Shown: piece by piece, positions 1 to 8,782 of the stretch
Layout: every line of letters begins with the position of its first letter
Numbering within the stretch: the first letter of the stretch is position 1
NCBI GenBank assembly: GCA_028286605.1
Contig: JAQBRE010000002.1
Span: 326,011-390,010 of the forward strand
Direction of reading: 5' to 3'
Length of the DNA: 64,000 nt
Source: Parcubacteria group bacterium
Lineage (GTDB): Bacteria; Patescibacteriota; Minisyncoccia; Phycocordibacterales; Phycocordibacteraceae
Notes under the pieces: model-generated
What the model was told of the DNA's origin: nothing
What the model saw: only the letters and a program-made list of their open reading frames with translations
Database searches by the model: none
Made by a program: the position numbers and the translations under genes

Positions 1-1512
1 TTTACGAACGGTCAGGGATGGGTGAATCCAGGAACGGCTTCCTATCTATCTGGTACGGTAACTCCACCAGCGATTTCCGCAATTTCAGTCGGCTCAATCG
101 CTACCACAAGCGCGACGGTAGCATGGACCACCGACGTTCTTGGTTCGTCCCGAGTTAGTTACGGTCCTACATCAACCTATAGCGCTTCAACGACCCAGAC
201 TGATACGAGCCCGCGCGTTATGTCGCACAGTGTCGCTCTTGCTAACCTCGTCTCGTGTTCTACCTATCATTATCAAGTCGACTCTATCGGCGCATCTTCG
301 AACGAAGCTACATCGAGTGATCAGACCTTCACGACGACGTGTCCAGGATCGGTGGCCATTACGTCTTCTACAGCGGCTCCTATTACTACGGGTGCCGGAG
401 GCACACTCGTCTTCGGAAGTACCAGTGTGACCGTTCCAACCTCATACACTGGCACCACTACCAGCGCAACTTTTGCAGCACAGCAACTCGACCCTACGAG
501 CTTCTTCGCTGCGGCAAGCAGGCCTGTAGGAATGAGTTCTGTTGGTGGCTATGTTGTGGATCTCAAAGCTTTCGTTACCGCGACGACGACACTGAGCACG
601 TTCACTCATCCGATCAGCGTCATTCTTACCTACAACCCAAGCGATGTCGCACATATCGATATTTCTTCACTTCTGATATATCGCTACGATGTCGGGACAG
701 GATGGACTGCGCTTACTGGCTGCGTAACCGACACAGGAGCGCATACGGTTACGTGTCAGACATCCAACTTCTCGGACTTCTCACTCTTCGGAACAGCAAC
801 GGCTAGTACGCCGATAGCTACAGGCCTCACCTCATCAACGAGTGGTCGCACCTCAGGCGGCGTCACCTACGGCTGTAAGGACACGAATGCAACTAACTAC
901 AACGCATTCTCCGGAAGCAATCCTGCACTCTGCGTCTACGCGAACGGTTCAGGTTCTGCACAGTCGGGTAGCACTGCCAGCAGCGTATTCACTCGCGACC
1001 TCACCCTGAAGAGTTCAGGCTCCGATGTTACCGCGCTTCAGACGTTGCTTATCGCGAAGGGATACCTGGCAGCAGGCAACACCACCGGATACTTCGGCGC
1101 CATGACGCAGACAGCGCTTATGCAGATGCAAGCAGCTGTGGGTATCAGTCCTTCTACCGGATACTTCGGTGCCAAGACTCGCGCTGCAGTTGGTGGAACC
1201 ACGGTATCTGCTTCAGTGAACACCACCGCCGTTGCAACCGCACCTACAGGAACTACGGCTCCAGTATCCGGCTCATTCACCCGTGACCTCACCATTGCTT
1301 CGACCGGTGCAGACGTATCAGCTCTTCAGGCCTTCCTGAACGCGAACGGTTACGCCGTCGCGCAGACGGGTCCCGGTTCTTCCGGTCACGAGACGACGAT
1401 GTTCGGCTTTGCAACGCAGGCAGCGCTCGCGCGCTTCCAGACTGCAGACGGCATCGTTCCTGCTACCGGATACTTCGGCGCGAAGACGCGCGCGGCGATT
1501 TCGGGGAAGTAA
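1..1512 (+). CDS. Surface protein with FN3-like domain and two C-terminal peptidoglycan-binding domains (5' partial)
   Basis: Frame open from base 1. Contains an FN3-like segment (ATVAWTTD...YG...L.NL...TYHYQV), a GCKDTNATNYN motif and two FTRDLT...DV.ALQ...GYFGAKTRA PG_binding-like repeats. Confidence 0.8.
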   Translation, partial: FTNGQGWVNPGTASYLSGTVTPPAISAISVGSIATTSATVAWTTDVLGSSRVSYGPTSTYSASTTQTDTSPRVMSHSVALANLVSCSTYHYQVDSIGASSNEATSSDQTFTTTCPGSVAITSSTAAPITTGAGGTLVFGSTSVTVPTSYTGTTTSATFAAQQLDPTSFFAAASRPVGMSSVGGYVVDLKAFVTATTTLSTFTHPISVILTYNPSDVAHIDISSLLIYRYDVGTGWTALTGCVTDTGAHTVTCQTSNFSDFSLFGTATASTPIATGLTSSTSGRTSGGVTYGCKDTNATNYNAFSGSNPALCVYANGSGSAQSGSTASSVFTRDLTLKSSGSDVTALQTLLIAKGYLAAGNTTGYFGAMTQTALMQMQAAVGISPSTGYFGAKTRAAVGGTTVSASVNTTAVATAPTGTTAPVSGSFTRDLTIASTGADVSALQAFLNANGYAVAQTGPGSSGHETTMFGFATQAALARFQTADGIVPATGYFGAKTRAAISGK

Positions 1513-1516
1513 CAAA

Positions 1517-1538
1517 CGCGCCCCTGGGAAGGGGCGCG
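1517..1538. terminator. GC-rich hairpin between convergent genes
   Basis: CGCGCCCCT-GGGA-AGGGGCGCG just after the stop at 1512. Confidence 0.6.
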
Positions 1539-1562
1539 AGGCGTTATAAAAACTTTTGATCA

Positions 1563-1850
1563 CTAGGGATCAGGACTGCCGGGTTCGTCGGCGATAAACA
1601 GCTCCACTCGGTGAACCCATGGTTCTTGCGGAATGTCGCTCAGTAGTCCGAACACCTTCTCCCATTCTTCGTGCACGACAGATCCGGCCGTGCGCTCTTC
1701 AAGGCGGTGCTCGATATCTACGAATGCGTCAATGACGCGCCTATAGTTCGCTGATGTTTCCGGAATCCATAGCGAGGCAGTGTGGAGTCTTCGAAGAAGG
1801 ATGCCAGGCGATCCTTCGCGTGCATGAGCAATCGTTCGTGCGCTAAGCAT
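1563..1850 (-). CDS. Hypothetical protein (SD-led orphan)
   Basis: 95-aa ORF with AGGAAAGGAGG upstream of ATG and TGCTATAAA further upstream. Confidence 0.6.
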   Translation of the reverse strand: MLSARTIAHAREGSPGILLRRLHTASLWIPETSANYRRVIDAFVDIEHRLEERTAGSVVHEEWEKVFGLLSDIPQEPWVHRVELFIADEPGSPDP

Positions 1851-1985
1851 CTCTTCCTCCTTTCCTATTGTGAGAAGAACTCGTTCCTATTTTTTATAGC
1901 ACGCATATGCCTGTGCAAATGTGCATGCGCACCCGCAAAACAAAAGAAGCCAGACAAATGTCTAGCTTCAGGCGAAAGGGAATTA

Positions 1986-2210
1986 TTAGCGAGTGATGTT
2001 GGCGACGCGAGGGAGGGAAGGTTCAGCATTCATTCCGGAGAATTGAATAGCACTGGCTGCACCTGCGATCTGCGAGCCTACATTTGCTGATACTTCGCCG
2101 GCTTTCAGAAATGCGACGATCGTATTCTGAAGCTGGCTGAATATAACAGGAACGAGAAGCTGAAGAATAAGGATGGTAACACCGAGACCGAATGCACGAA
2201 AGATGGACAT
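1986..2210 (-). CDS. Small hypothetical membrane protein
   Basis: 74 aa with an N-terminal hydrophobic helix; fills an intergenic gap. Confidence 0.65.
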   Translation of the reverse strand: MSIFRAFGLGVTILILQLLVPVIFSQLQNTIVAFLKAGEVSANVGSQIAGAASAIQFSGMNAEPSLPRVANITR

Positions 2211-2333
2211 GGCGTGGTGGTTGTTTGATAAGCGTGGAATCTGGGAAGATTACACACGCGAAATTCGTACGAATTTCAACCGATCCTTTTCAAGCTCCTT
2301 CCGCTATATAGAACCTGCCGCTTAGGGCAAAGG

Positions 2334-2876
2334 TTACAGCCCCTTATCCTTCAGTAACTGAGCGTAGTGTTCCTGCACTTTCTGCAGCTTCGGCGCGATT
2401 ATCACCTGACAATATCCCTGCTGCTTGTTGTTCGCGTAGTAGTTCTTGTGATAGTCCTCGGCAGGGTAGAAGGTAGCGTCTTCTTCGATGGTTGTGACGA
2501 TCGGGTCGCCGTCCGGTGATGAATCACTCAACTCTTTTATGAATGCTTCCGTGTCTGCGCGCTGGTCAGGAGTCGTGGGGAATACGACGGAACGATACTG
2601 CGTGCCTATATCGTTACCCTGACGGTTCAGCTGTGTTGCATCGTGCGAGCCGAAGAAGACGGTGAGCAGATCTTTGTACGAAACCTGCGATGGATCGAAC
2701 TCGATTCGTATCACTTCTGCATGGCCTGTCGTACCGGTACAGACTTCCTGGTAGGTGGGATTCGGGGAACGTCCGCCGGCATAGCCAGGTTCCACGGATG
2801 TCACGCCTTTGAGCATCTTGAATACGGCTTCCGTGCACCAGAAGCAGCCGCCGCCGAATAGTGCTACCTCAGTCAT
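2334..2876 (-). CDS. msrA: Peptide-methionine (S)-S-oxide reductase
   Basis: GGGCFWC, GHAEVI, RQGNDIGTQYRS and AEDYH motifs. Start placed at MTEVALF, overlapping the msrB stop. Confidence 0.97.
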   Translation of the reverse strand: MTEVALFGGGCFWCTEAVFKMLKGVTSVEPGYAGGRSPNPTYQEVCTGTTGHAEVIRIEFDPSQVSYKDLLTVFFGSHDATQLNRQGNDIGTQYRSVVFPTTPDQRADTEAFIKELSDSSPDGDPIVTTIEEDATFYPAEDYHKNYYANNKQQGYCQVIIAPKLQKVQEHYAQLLKDKGL

Positions 2877-3276
2877 GCTGGTCCTCTTCTTTCTCGAACT
2901 CAAGGCTCACCGAGTTGATGCAATAGCGCTTGCCGCCTTTGTCTGCAGGGCCATCATCGAACACGTGACCGAGGTGGCTATTGCAATGTTTGCAGAACAC
3001 TTCGGTGCGATGCATGCCGTGCGCGTCATCGGAACGGGTGCCGACGTTCTCGGCGACTGCCGGATCAGTGAAAGAAGGCCAGCCGCTCTTAGAATCGAAC
3101 TTCGAGTCGGATGAAAAGAGCACATTTCCGCAGACCTTGCAGCGGTACATGCCATGCTCGTGATTATCTACATAGATGCCTTTAAACGGGGCTTCTGTGC
3201 CGCCTTCGCGCAGAACGTTATATTCTTCGGGGGTCAGTTTCTGACGAATCTCATCTTCGTTCATAGGTTCATTCAT
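2869..3276 (-). CDS. msrB: Peptide-methionine (R)-S-oxide reductase
   Basis: GTEAPF, CxxC, GWPSF, HLGHVF and RYCINS motifs. Confidence 0.97.
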   Translation of the reverse strand: MNEPMNEDEIRQKLTPEEYNVLREGGTEAPFKGIYVDNHEHGMYRCKVCGNVLFSSDSKFDSKSGWPSFTDPAVAENVGTRSDDAHGMHRTEVFCKHCNSHLGHVFDDGPADKGGKRYCINSVSLEFEKEEDQHD

Positions 3277-3327
3277 GTGCTAATTATACCCCTGACAAAG
3301 GCCTCCCGATAGGCTAGGATTAAGGGA

Positions 3328-3810
3328 ATGACCCGCACGGCTCTCCTCTGCCTCCTCCTCGTGCTGACGTTCCTGGGCCTTGCAGATGCGTGGTATCTGA
3401 CACAGGCAGCACTTAATGGAACAGCGCTCGCATGCAGCTTTACCGGACTTCAGGCGCTCAGCGGATGTAATCAGGTTGCGCAGAGTCCGTTCTCTCATTT
3501 CCTTGGTCTGCCTCTCGCGCTTTACGGTGTCGTGTTCTATGTGGTGTTGTTCGTAATCGCTGCGGTTCTATTCGTCGTACACGCACGGATGCTGTATCGC
3601 GCGACAATCGCGCTCGGCATCATTGGGTTCGTACTTTCGTTGTATTTCGTGTTCCTGCAGATTTTCGTAATCAAGGCGCTCTGCGTTTACTGCCTCGCTT
3701 CGATGGTGATCGCGCTTTTTATCTTCTTCGTTACGTGGCGATTGTGGAAGCGCTTCGCGGTGGTGAAAGTTTCAGAGCCGGTCGTACCCACTGTGTCGAT
3801 AGTTTCATAA
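3328..3810 (+). CDS. Vitamin K epoxide reductase (VKOR) family disulfide-bond protein
   Basis: Loop cysteine pair (C...GCNQV), four TM helices and a CVYC active site. Confidence 0.9.
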   Translation: MTRTALLCLLLVLTFLGLADAWYLTQAALNGTALACSFTGLQALSGCNQVAQSPFSHFLGLPLALYGVVFYVVLFVIAAVLFVVHARMLYRATIALGIIGFVLSLYFVFLQIFVIKALCVYCLASMVIALFIFFVTWRLWKRFAVVKVSEPVVPTVSIVS

Positions 3811-3817
3811 TATTCGT

Positions 3818-4984
3818 ATGCAGGCACGACGCATCATTCTTCCCGCACTCTTGATACTGATGCTTCCGGCCTTTGCGAATGCCGCGACATTCGCCGAACA
3901 GAAGACGCTCGTTCTTTCTGCGGCGCCTCCGGATAACACGTACCTTGCCGGCGCAAGTGTAACGGTGAGTGCTCCATTGCCTGCTGATCTTTCAGCAGCA
4001 GGCGGCACTGTAACGACATATTCGCCGATTGGAGGTGATGCGCTTATTGCAGGCGGTACGGTAGATTTGCAGCAGGCCGTTGCAGGCGACGTGCGCGCGG
4101 TTGGCGGACGCATCATGATTGATGCGCCGGTGGCCGGCGACGTAGTCGCCGGTGGAGCAACGATAAACGTTTCTGCGCCAGCGCGTGATATGCGCCTGTT
4201 CGGCGTGAACGTGCAGGCAACGGGCGGTGCGTACGGACCGGTCACTATCTACGGGGCAGACGTAACGCTTGCGGGAAATTATGACGGTGATGTGGAGGTA
4301 ATCGCTTCAGACCACTTCACGGTTGGCCCGAATACGCACATTCATGGCGTGCTGAAATACAATGCACCTCAGCAGGCTGAGATTCCTGCATCATCCATCG
4401 TGGATGGGGGAGTAACGTACACGGGCTCCTACGCATACGTACCGACGAATGCAGAAGCGCAGAAGTTCGCGATTGCCGGCGCGGGAGTATTCTTCATTGT
4501 GCGGGCGCTTGCGGTGATGATAGCGGCCGGCCTCCTGGCCGGCCTGTTCCCGCAATTCAGCGAAGCGCTCGCCACACGCATATTCACGCGCCGCTACGCA
4601 CGCACGAGCCTGCTCGCACTTCTTGGCTTCGGCGTGCTTATCGCCACGCCCGTTCTTATTCTGCTTCTCACGGTTTCATTCGTGGGCGGCGGCCTCGCAT
4701 TACTGCTCGGTTCTGGGTATGTCTTCCTTATTTTCCTTTCCTACATATACACGGGCATTCTTGCGGGAGGCGCGCTTCGTCAACTAATTACGAAGCGATC
4801 CGCTACGCTCATCTCCTGGCAGGATGCTCTCGCCGGCACTCTCGTATTTTTCATACTCGGTAGCATTCCCTACTTAGGCGGCATCATCACGCTCATCGCA
4901 GTGTGTCTTACGCTTGGCTTCATGGTCTCTGGTCTATACTTATTCACATTCCGCAGGGATACCTCGTGGCAGGAATCACTCTAA
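3818..4984 (+). CDS. Membrane protein with bactofilin-like (polymer-forming) beta-repeat region
   Basis: Signal peptide, repeated V.GD...AGG.V.I units and multiple C-terminal TM helices. Confidence 0.75.
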   Translation: MQARRIILPALLILMLPAFANAATFAEQKTLVLSAAPPDNTYLAGASVTVSAPLPADLSAAGGTVTTYSPIGGDALIAGGTVDLQQAVAGDVRAVGGRIMIDAPVAGDVVAGGATINVSAPARDMRLFGVNVQATGGAYGPVTIYGADVTLAGNYDGDVEVIASDHFTVGPNTHIHGVLKYNAPQQAEIPASSIVDGGVTYTGSYAYVPTNAEAQKFAIAGAGVFFIVRALAVMIAAGLLAGLFPQFSEALATRIFTRRYARTSLLALLGFGVLIATPVLILLLTVSFVGGGLALLLGSGYVFLIFLSYIYTGILAGGALRQLITKRSATLISWQDALAGTLVFFILGSIPYLGGIITLIAVCLTLGFMVSGLYLFTFRRDTSWQESL

Positions 4985-4996
4985 TTTATCTACTCT

Positions 4997-5470
4997 ATGG
5001 CACTACCAACCATCGGTTCTATCGCTCCCGATTTTACGCTTGAAGATCAAGATGGCGTAGAACATTCGCTTTCGCAATATAAAGGGAAATACGTACTCGT
5101 CTATTTCTATCCGAAAGACGACACTCCTGGCTGCACGAAAGAAGCCTGCTTGCTTGGCGAATATATGCCGGATTTCTCGAAGAGCGATGCGGTGATACTC
5201 GGCATATCTCCGGACACTGTTAAGAGCCATAAGAAGTTCGCAGAGAAGTACGGACTGAAGTTTACATTGCTCGCAGACCCGGAAAAGAAATCAATCAGCG
5301 CATACGATGTGTGGGGCCTGAAGAAGTTCATGGGCAAAGAATACGAAGGAGTATTCCGTACGTCGTTCCTGGTTGCGCCAGATGGAACCGTAGCTAAGGT
5401 GTACGAAAATGTGAAGCCAGAAAAGCACGCAGAGGAAGTGCTCGCAGACCTGCAGGAACTTCACGGATAA
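4997..5470 (+). CDS. bcp: Thioredoxin-dependent peroxiredoxin Bcp
   Basis: YFYPKDDTPGCTKEAC motif. Confidence 0.95.
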   Translation: MALPTIGSIAPDFTLEDQDGVEHSLSQYKGKYVLVYFYPKDDTPGCTKEACLLGEYMPDFSKSDAVILGISPDTVKSHKKFAEKYGLKFTLLADPEKKSISAYDVWGLKKFMGKEYEGVFRTSFLVAPDGTVAKVYENVKPEKHAEEVLADLQELHG

Positions 5471-5472
5471 TC

Positions 5473-6141
5473 ATGGCTGAAGGGAAGTTCGAAGAACGAA
5501 AAGCGCGAGCGAAGAAGATGCTTGCGTACTTGAAGAAGGCGTATCCGGAACCGAAAACGGAACTCACCTACAAGACGCCGATACAGCTCGTTGCGAGCGT
5601 TATGCTTTCGGCACAGTCTACCGACAAGCGGGTGAATCTCGTTACCGATACGCTATGGAAAAAATATAAGACGGTGGACGATCTTGCGAATGCGGACCTG
5701 GCTGAATTCACGAAAGAGATTTCAAGCATCACATTTTATAGAAATAAGGCGAAGGCGATTATCGGCACCGCGAAGATGATCCGTAATGAGTTCGGCGGAA
5801 AGATTCCCAAAACGGAAAAGGAACTCGTGCTGCTTCCTGGCATCGCGTATAAATCTGCGCACGTGATCATGGGTGAGTTGCACGGCATATACGAAGGCAT
5901 ACCGACCGACACGCACGTGCGGCGTTTCGCGCTCCGTTTCGATCTTACCGACAGCAAAGACCTCACGAAGATTTCGAAAGATCTCGAAGCATTGATTCAG
6001 AAGTCAGATTGGAAATACGTGAACAACGGTCTGGTGTTGTATGGACGCTATGTATGTAGGGCGTTACCGCACCCGTGCGAAGACCATCCGCTCACCAAGA
6101 TCTGGCCGCCTGCCGCGCATCGCTGGCCCAAGGCGAAATAG
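5473..6141 (+). CDS. nth: Endonuclease III (HhH-GPD), Fe-S motif degenerate
   Basis: LSAQSTDKRVN, HhH LPGIAYKSA and catalytic DTHV. Confidence 0.92.
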   Translation: MAEGKFEERKARAKKMLAYLKKAYPEPKTELTYKTPIQLVASVMLSAQSTDKRVNLVTDTLWKKYKTVDDLANADLAEFTKEISSITFYRNKAKAIIGTAKMIRNEFGGKIPKTEKELVLLPGIAYKSAHVIMGELHGIYEGIPTDTHVRRFALRFDLTDSKDLTKISKDLEALIQKSDWKYVNNGLVLYGRYVCRALPHPCEDHPLTKIWPPAAHRWPKAK

Positions 6142-6143
6142 CT

Positions 6144-6953
6144 ATGGAGGTTCGTGCATTCAGGAAAACTATATGGGATTTTTATAAGAAGCAGGGAAGG
6201 CATGATCTTCCGTGGCGAACGACGACGGACCCGTACAAGATCCTCGTTTCAGAAGTGATGCTGCAGCAGACGCAGGTGGAAAGAGTTTGCAGCTATTACG
6301 CAGCGTGGCTAAAACAGTTTCCGAACGTGAAGGCGCTCGCGGCTTCGCCGCTCGCCGACGTACTAACCGCGTGGCAAGGTCTCGGCTATAACCGGCGCGC
6401 GAAGATGCTGCACGATGCAGCAAAGGTAGTGGTACGAGAATACAAAGGAAAGATGCCGACCAATCCGGAACTGCTGGTAAAGTTGCCTGGCGTCGGCCCG
6501 TATACAGCGCGTGCGGTCGCAGCATTCAGTACGAATGCAGATGTCGTATTCATCGAGACGAATCTGCGCACCGTCGTATTGCATCATTTCTTTCCGAAGA
6601 AAAAGGTAGTGAGTGATGCAGAAATCCTTGAGGTTCTGACAGATGCCTTTCCTAAAGGAAAGGCTCGCGAATGGTATGCCGCACTTATGGACTACGGCTC
6701 GTACCTGAAGCGGAGCGGCGTAAGGGTGAATGCAAAGAGCAAGACGTATGCGAAGCAGTCTGCGTTTAGCGGCTCTGGGCGCGAAGCACGTGGTGCCGTG
6801 TTGAGAGAGCTTGCGAAAGGAGCGGTAACGCAGAAGCGCCTTGTTGGCTTGCTTGGTGATGACCGTACGGCACAAATCAGCGAGCAGCTTATGAAGCTGC
6901 TCGCTGAAGGGATGGTACAGAAAAGCGGCGTGCGCTATTCGCTTCCACGCTAA
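6144..6953 (+). CDS. mutY: MutY-like A/G-specific adenine glycosylase (short form)
   Basis: LPWR...PYKILVSEVMLQQTQV, WQGLGYNRRA and LPGVGPYTA. Lacks the Fe-S cysteines and the Nudix-like domain. Confidence 0.8.
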   Translation: MEVRAFRKTIWDFYKKQGRHDLPWRTTTDPYKILVSEVMLQQTQVERVCSYYAAWLKQFPNVKALAASPLADVLTAWQGLGYNRRAKMLHDAAKVVVREYKGKMPTNPELLVKLPGVGPYTARAVAAFSTNADVVFIETNLRTVVLHHFFPKKKVVSDAEILEVLTDAFPKGKAREWYAALMDYGSYLKRSGVRVNAKSKTYAKQSAFSGSGREARGAVLRELAKGAVTQKRLVGLLGDDRTAQISEQLMKLLAEGMVQKSGVRYSLPR

Positions 6954-8143
6954 ACACGGTTCGCATCTACGTGCGTCATCTGGCGTACGGGGCGGAAACT
7001 GCGCACATGGGTCGCCGTAATCATGCCGACGAGCATCACGATTAAGCCCATGCATACGAAGAATATTTGGTATGTGCTGATAAGCAGGAAGATGCTGCCG
7101 ACAACCGGGGCAATCAGCGCGCTCAAGGGGCGCATCATGCGGAACACACTTACGGTGTCCGCGTCCCGTTCTGATACGCGACGGAAGAAATGTCCTTCAG
7201 TCATAGCCTCGACGAGCGCAGCACCGACGCGGCTGATGAACAGGATAAGCAAGATGATGAGGATAGAGGTACTTGCGGTGACGTACGCGATGAGTGCGAA
7301 TGCGGTGCCCATAATTATGAAGCCCGCAATGAGCAGCGCGCGATCACCGAGCTTCGTATCTGCAAGGATTCCTGCTGGATACTCCACCAGCACGAACGGT
7401 GCAAGCATAAGTGCGAATACCCAGCCAAGCTCGCTCCAGGGGATGCCAAGCACCGTATGCAGATAGAGTGGTATATATAGCTGCGCGAACTGATAGAAGG
7501 TCTGCAACATGAGCATAGATGCGGCGATGGCACGCAGGTCTGAATCTTTCATCACGTTGCGGATCGCTTCACGCGTACTGCTCTTGATCGCAGTGAGGCC
7601 GTGCGGCAGTTTCGCGCCAAACATAAGCAGGATGAATGGAACGAGCGAAAGGGAAGCGACGAAGAATATGCGGTCGTAGCGGTCGCCGCCATCCAGAAGC
7701 GTACCGATAATCAGAGGTGCCACGAGTAAAGCAGTATTACCTGCGGTGAGGAATGCAGTACGTATGCGGCCGGTCGAATTCTCATTCTCAACCGTTGCTT
7801 CAACGAGGATGTCGAGCTGATACGCAAGCAATGGTGCAATTGCGCAGGTAAGCGCGGCAAGTACGATGGCAGCGAACGGCGTCGGCGAAAGCGCAAGGCA
7901 AAGTAGTATGAATGCCTGCAGCAGACTGAAACCTAGGGCAAGCTGTTGTGCGCCGTATCTGCGCACGAGTTTCGGTATGAACGGAAATACTATCAAGGTT
8001 ACTACTGCGCCGAATGATATGACGAAGCCGGTAAGCGAGGCTGGCATGAACATGGCCAAATACGGGCCGAGCACGTACACGATAAGAAAGAAGTACGCAG
8101 ACGCGAAGAAATTACCGAACGAAAGTATCCGACGCGTGCGCAT
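6950..8143 (-). CDS. MFS transporter
   Basis: 397 aa, about 12 hydrophobic helices, G.LAD..GDR motif in the second half. Confidence 0.85.
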   Translation of the reverse strand: MRTRRILSFGNFFASAYFFLIVYVLGPYLAMFMPASLTGFVISFGAVVTLIVFPFIPKLVRRYGAQQLALGFSLLQAFILLCLALSPTPFAAIVLAALTCAIAPLLAYQLDILVEATVENENSTGRIRTAFLTAGNTALLVAPLIIGTLLDGGDRYDRIFFVASLSLVPFILLMFGAKLPHGLTAIKSSTREAIRNVMKDSDLRAIAASMLMLQTFYQFAQLYIPLYLHTVLGIPWSELGWVFALMLAPFVLVEYPAGILADTKLGDRALLIAGFIIMGTAFALIAYVTASTSILIILLILFISRVGAALVEAMTEGHFFRRVSERDADTVSVFRMMRPLSALIAPVVGSIFLLISTYQIFFVCMGLIVMLVGMITATHVRSFRPVRQMTHVDANRV

Positions 8144-8306
8144 GATTCACTCATTCTAGCATTCACATTCAATCCACAGGCTTTTGATATATTGTGCGCC
8201 TATGCGAAAACGTTTGAAACCCTGTGGTATTTAATTACATTCCGCACGAAATAGTTTATAAATTCTTTAGAATTACTTTATCTCCGTGCTGTATACTCGC
8301 GGAGCC

Positions 8307-8696
8307 ATGTCCTACGAAAAGAATTTTGATAGTTGGAATGAATCAAAGAAAACACTTGAGCACGGGCCTATTTTGCACTATGGTCATCCCGGCGAGGTGT
8401 GGTGGTGTTCTTTGGGAATTAATCTTGGTGTAGAAGTAGACGGCAGGAATGATAACTTCGAAAGACCTGTAGTGGTGTTGCGGACATATAATCGAGAATC
8501 TCTACTTGTCCTGCCACTTACCAGCAAAGAGAAGAATGACAGATTTCATCATCCTATTCACTTTGGGAAATACACGTCTTGGGCAAAACTTACGCAAGTT
8601 CGAGTTGTGAGCGCCAAGCGTCTTTTGCGCAAACTAGACTCAATAGATGAGAATGAGTTTTCCTTGTTAAGGAAAGCATGGATTGATTCTCAATAA
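8307..8696 (+). CDS. Solo PemK/MazF-family toxin-like protein
   Basis: KNFDSWN...GEVWWCSLGINLGVEVDG...ERPVVV...LPLTS...Q.R.VS.KRL. AT-rich, with no adjacent antitoxin ORF. Confidence 0.85.
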   Translation: MSYEKNFDSWNESKKTLEHGPILHYGHPGEVWWCSLGINLGVEVDGRNDNFERPVVVLRTYNRESLLVLPLTSKEKNDRFHHPIHFGKYTSWAKLTQVRVVSAKRLLRKLDSIDENEFSLLRKAWIDSQ

Positions 8697-8746
8697 TAAA
8701 CGAATACCCGCAGAAATGCGGGTATTCTCGAGGACCGAGCCCTAAT
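8696..8746 (-). ncRNA. Candidate small RNA convergent on the PemK gene (ATTAGGGCTCGGTCCTCGAGA plus terminator)
   Basis: Minus-strand TTGACG (8777-8782) and TGTTAGAAT (8753-8761), with a hairpin at 8702-8727. Motif shared with the 51661-51733 copies. Confidence 0.5.
8702..8727. terminator. Bidirectional hairpin
   Basis: GAATACCCGCA-GAAA-TGCGGGTATTC. Confidence 0.7.
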
Positions 8747-8782
8747 AGACCTATTCTAACAAATCAGTGTCTGCTGCGTCAA

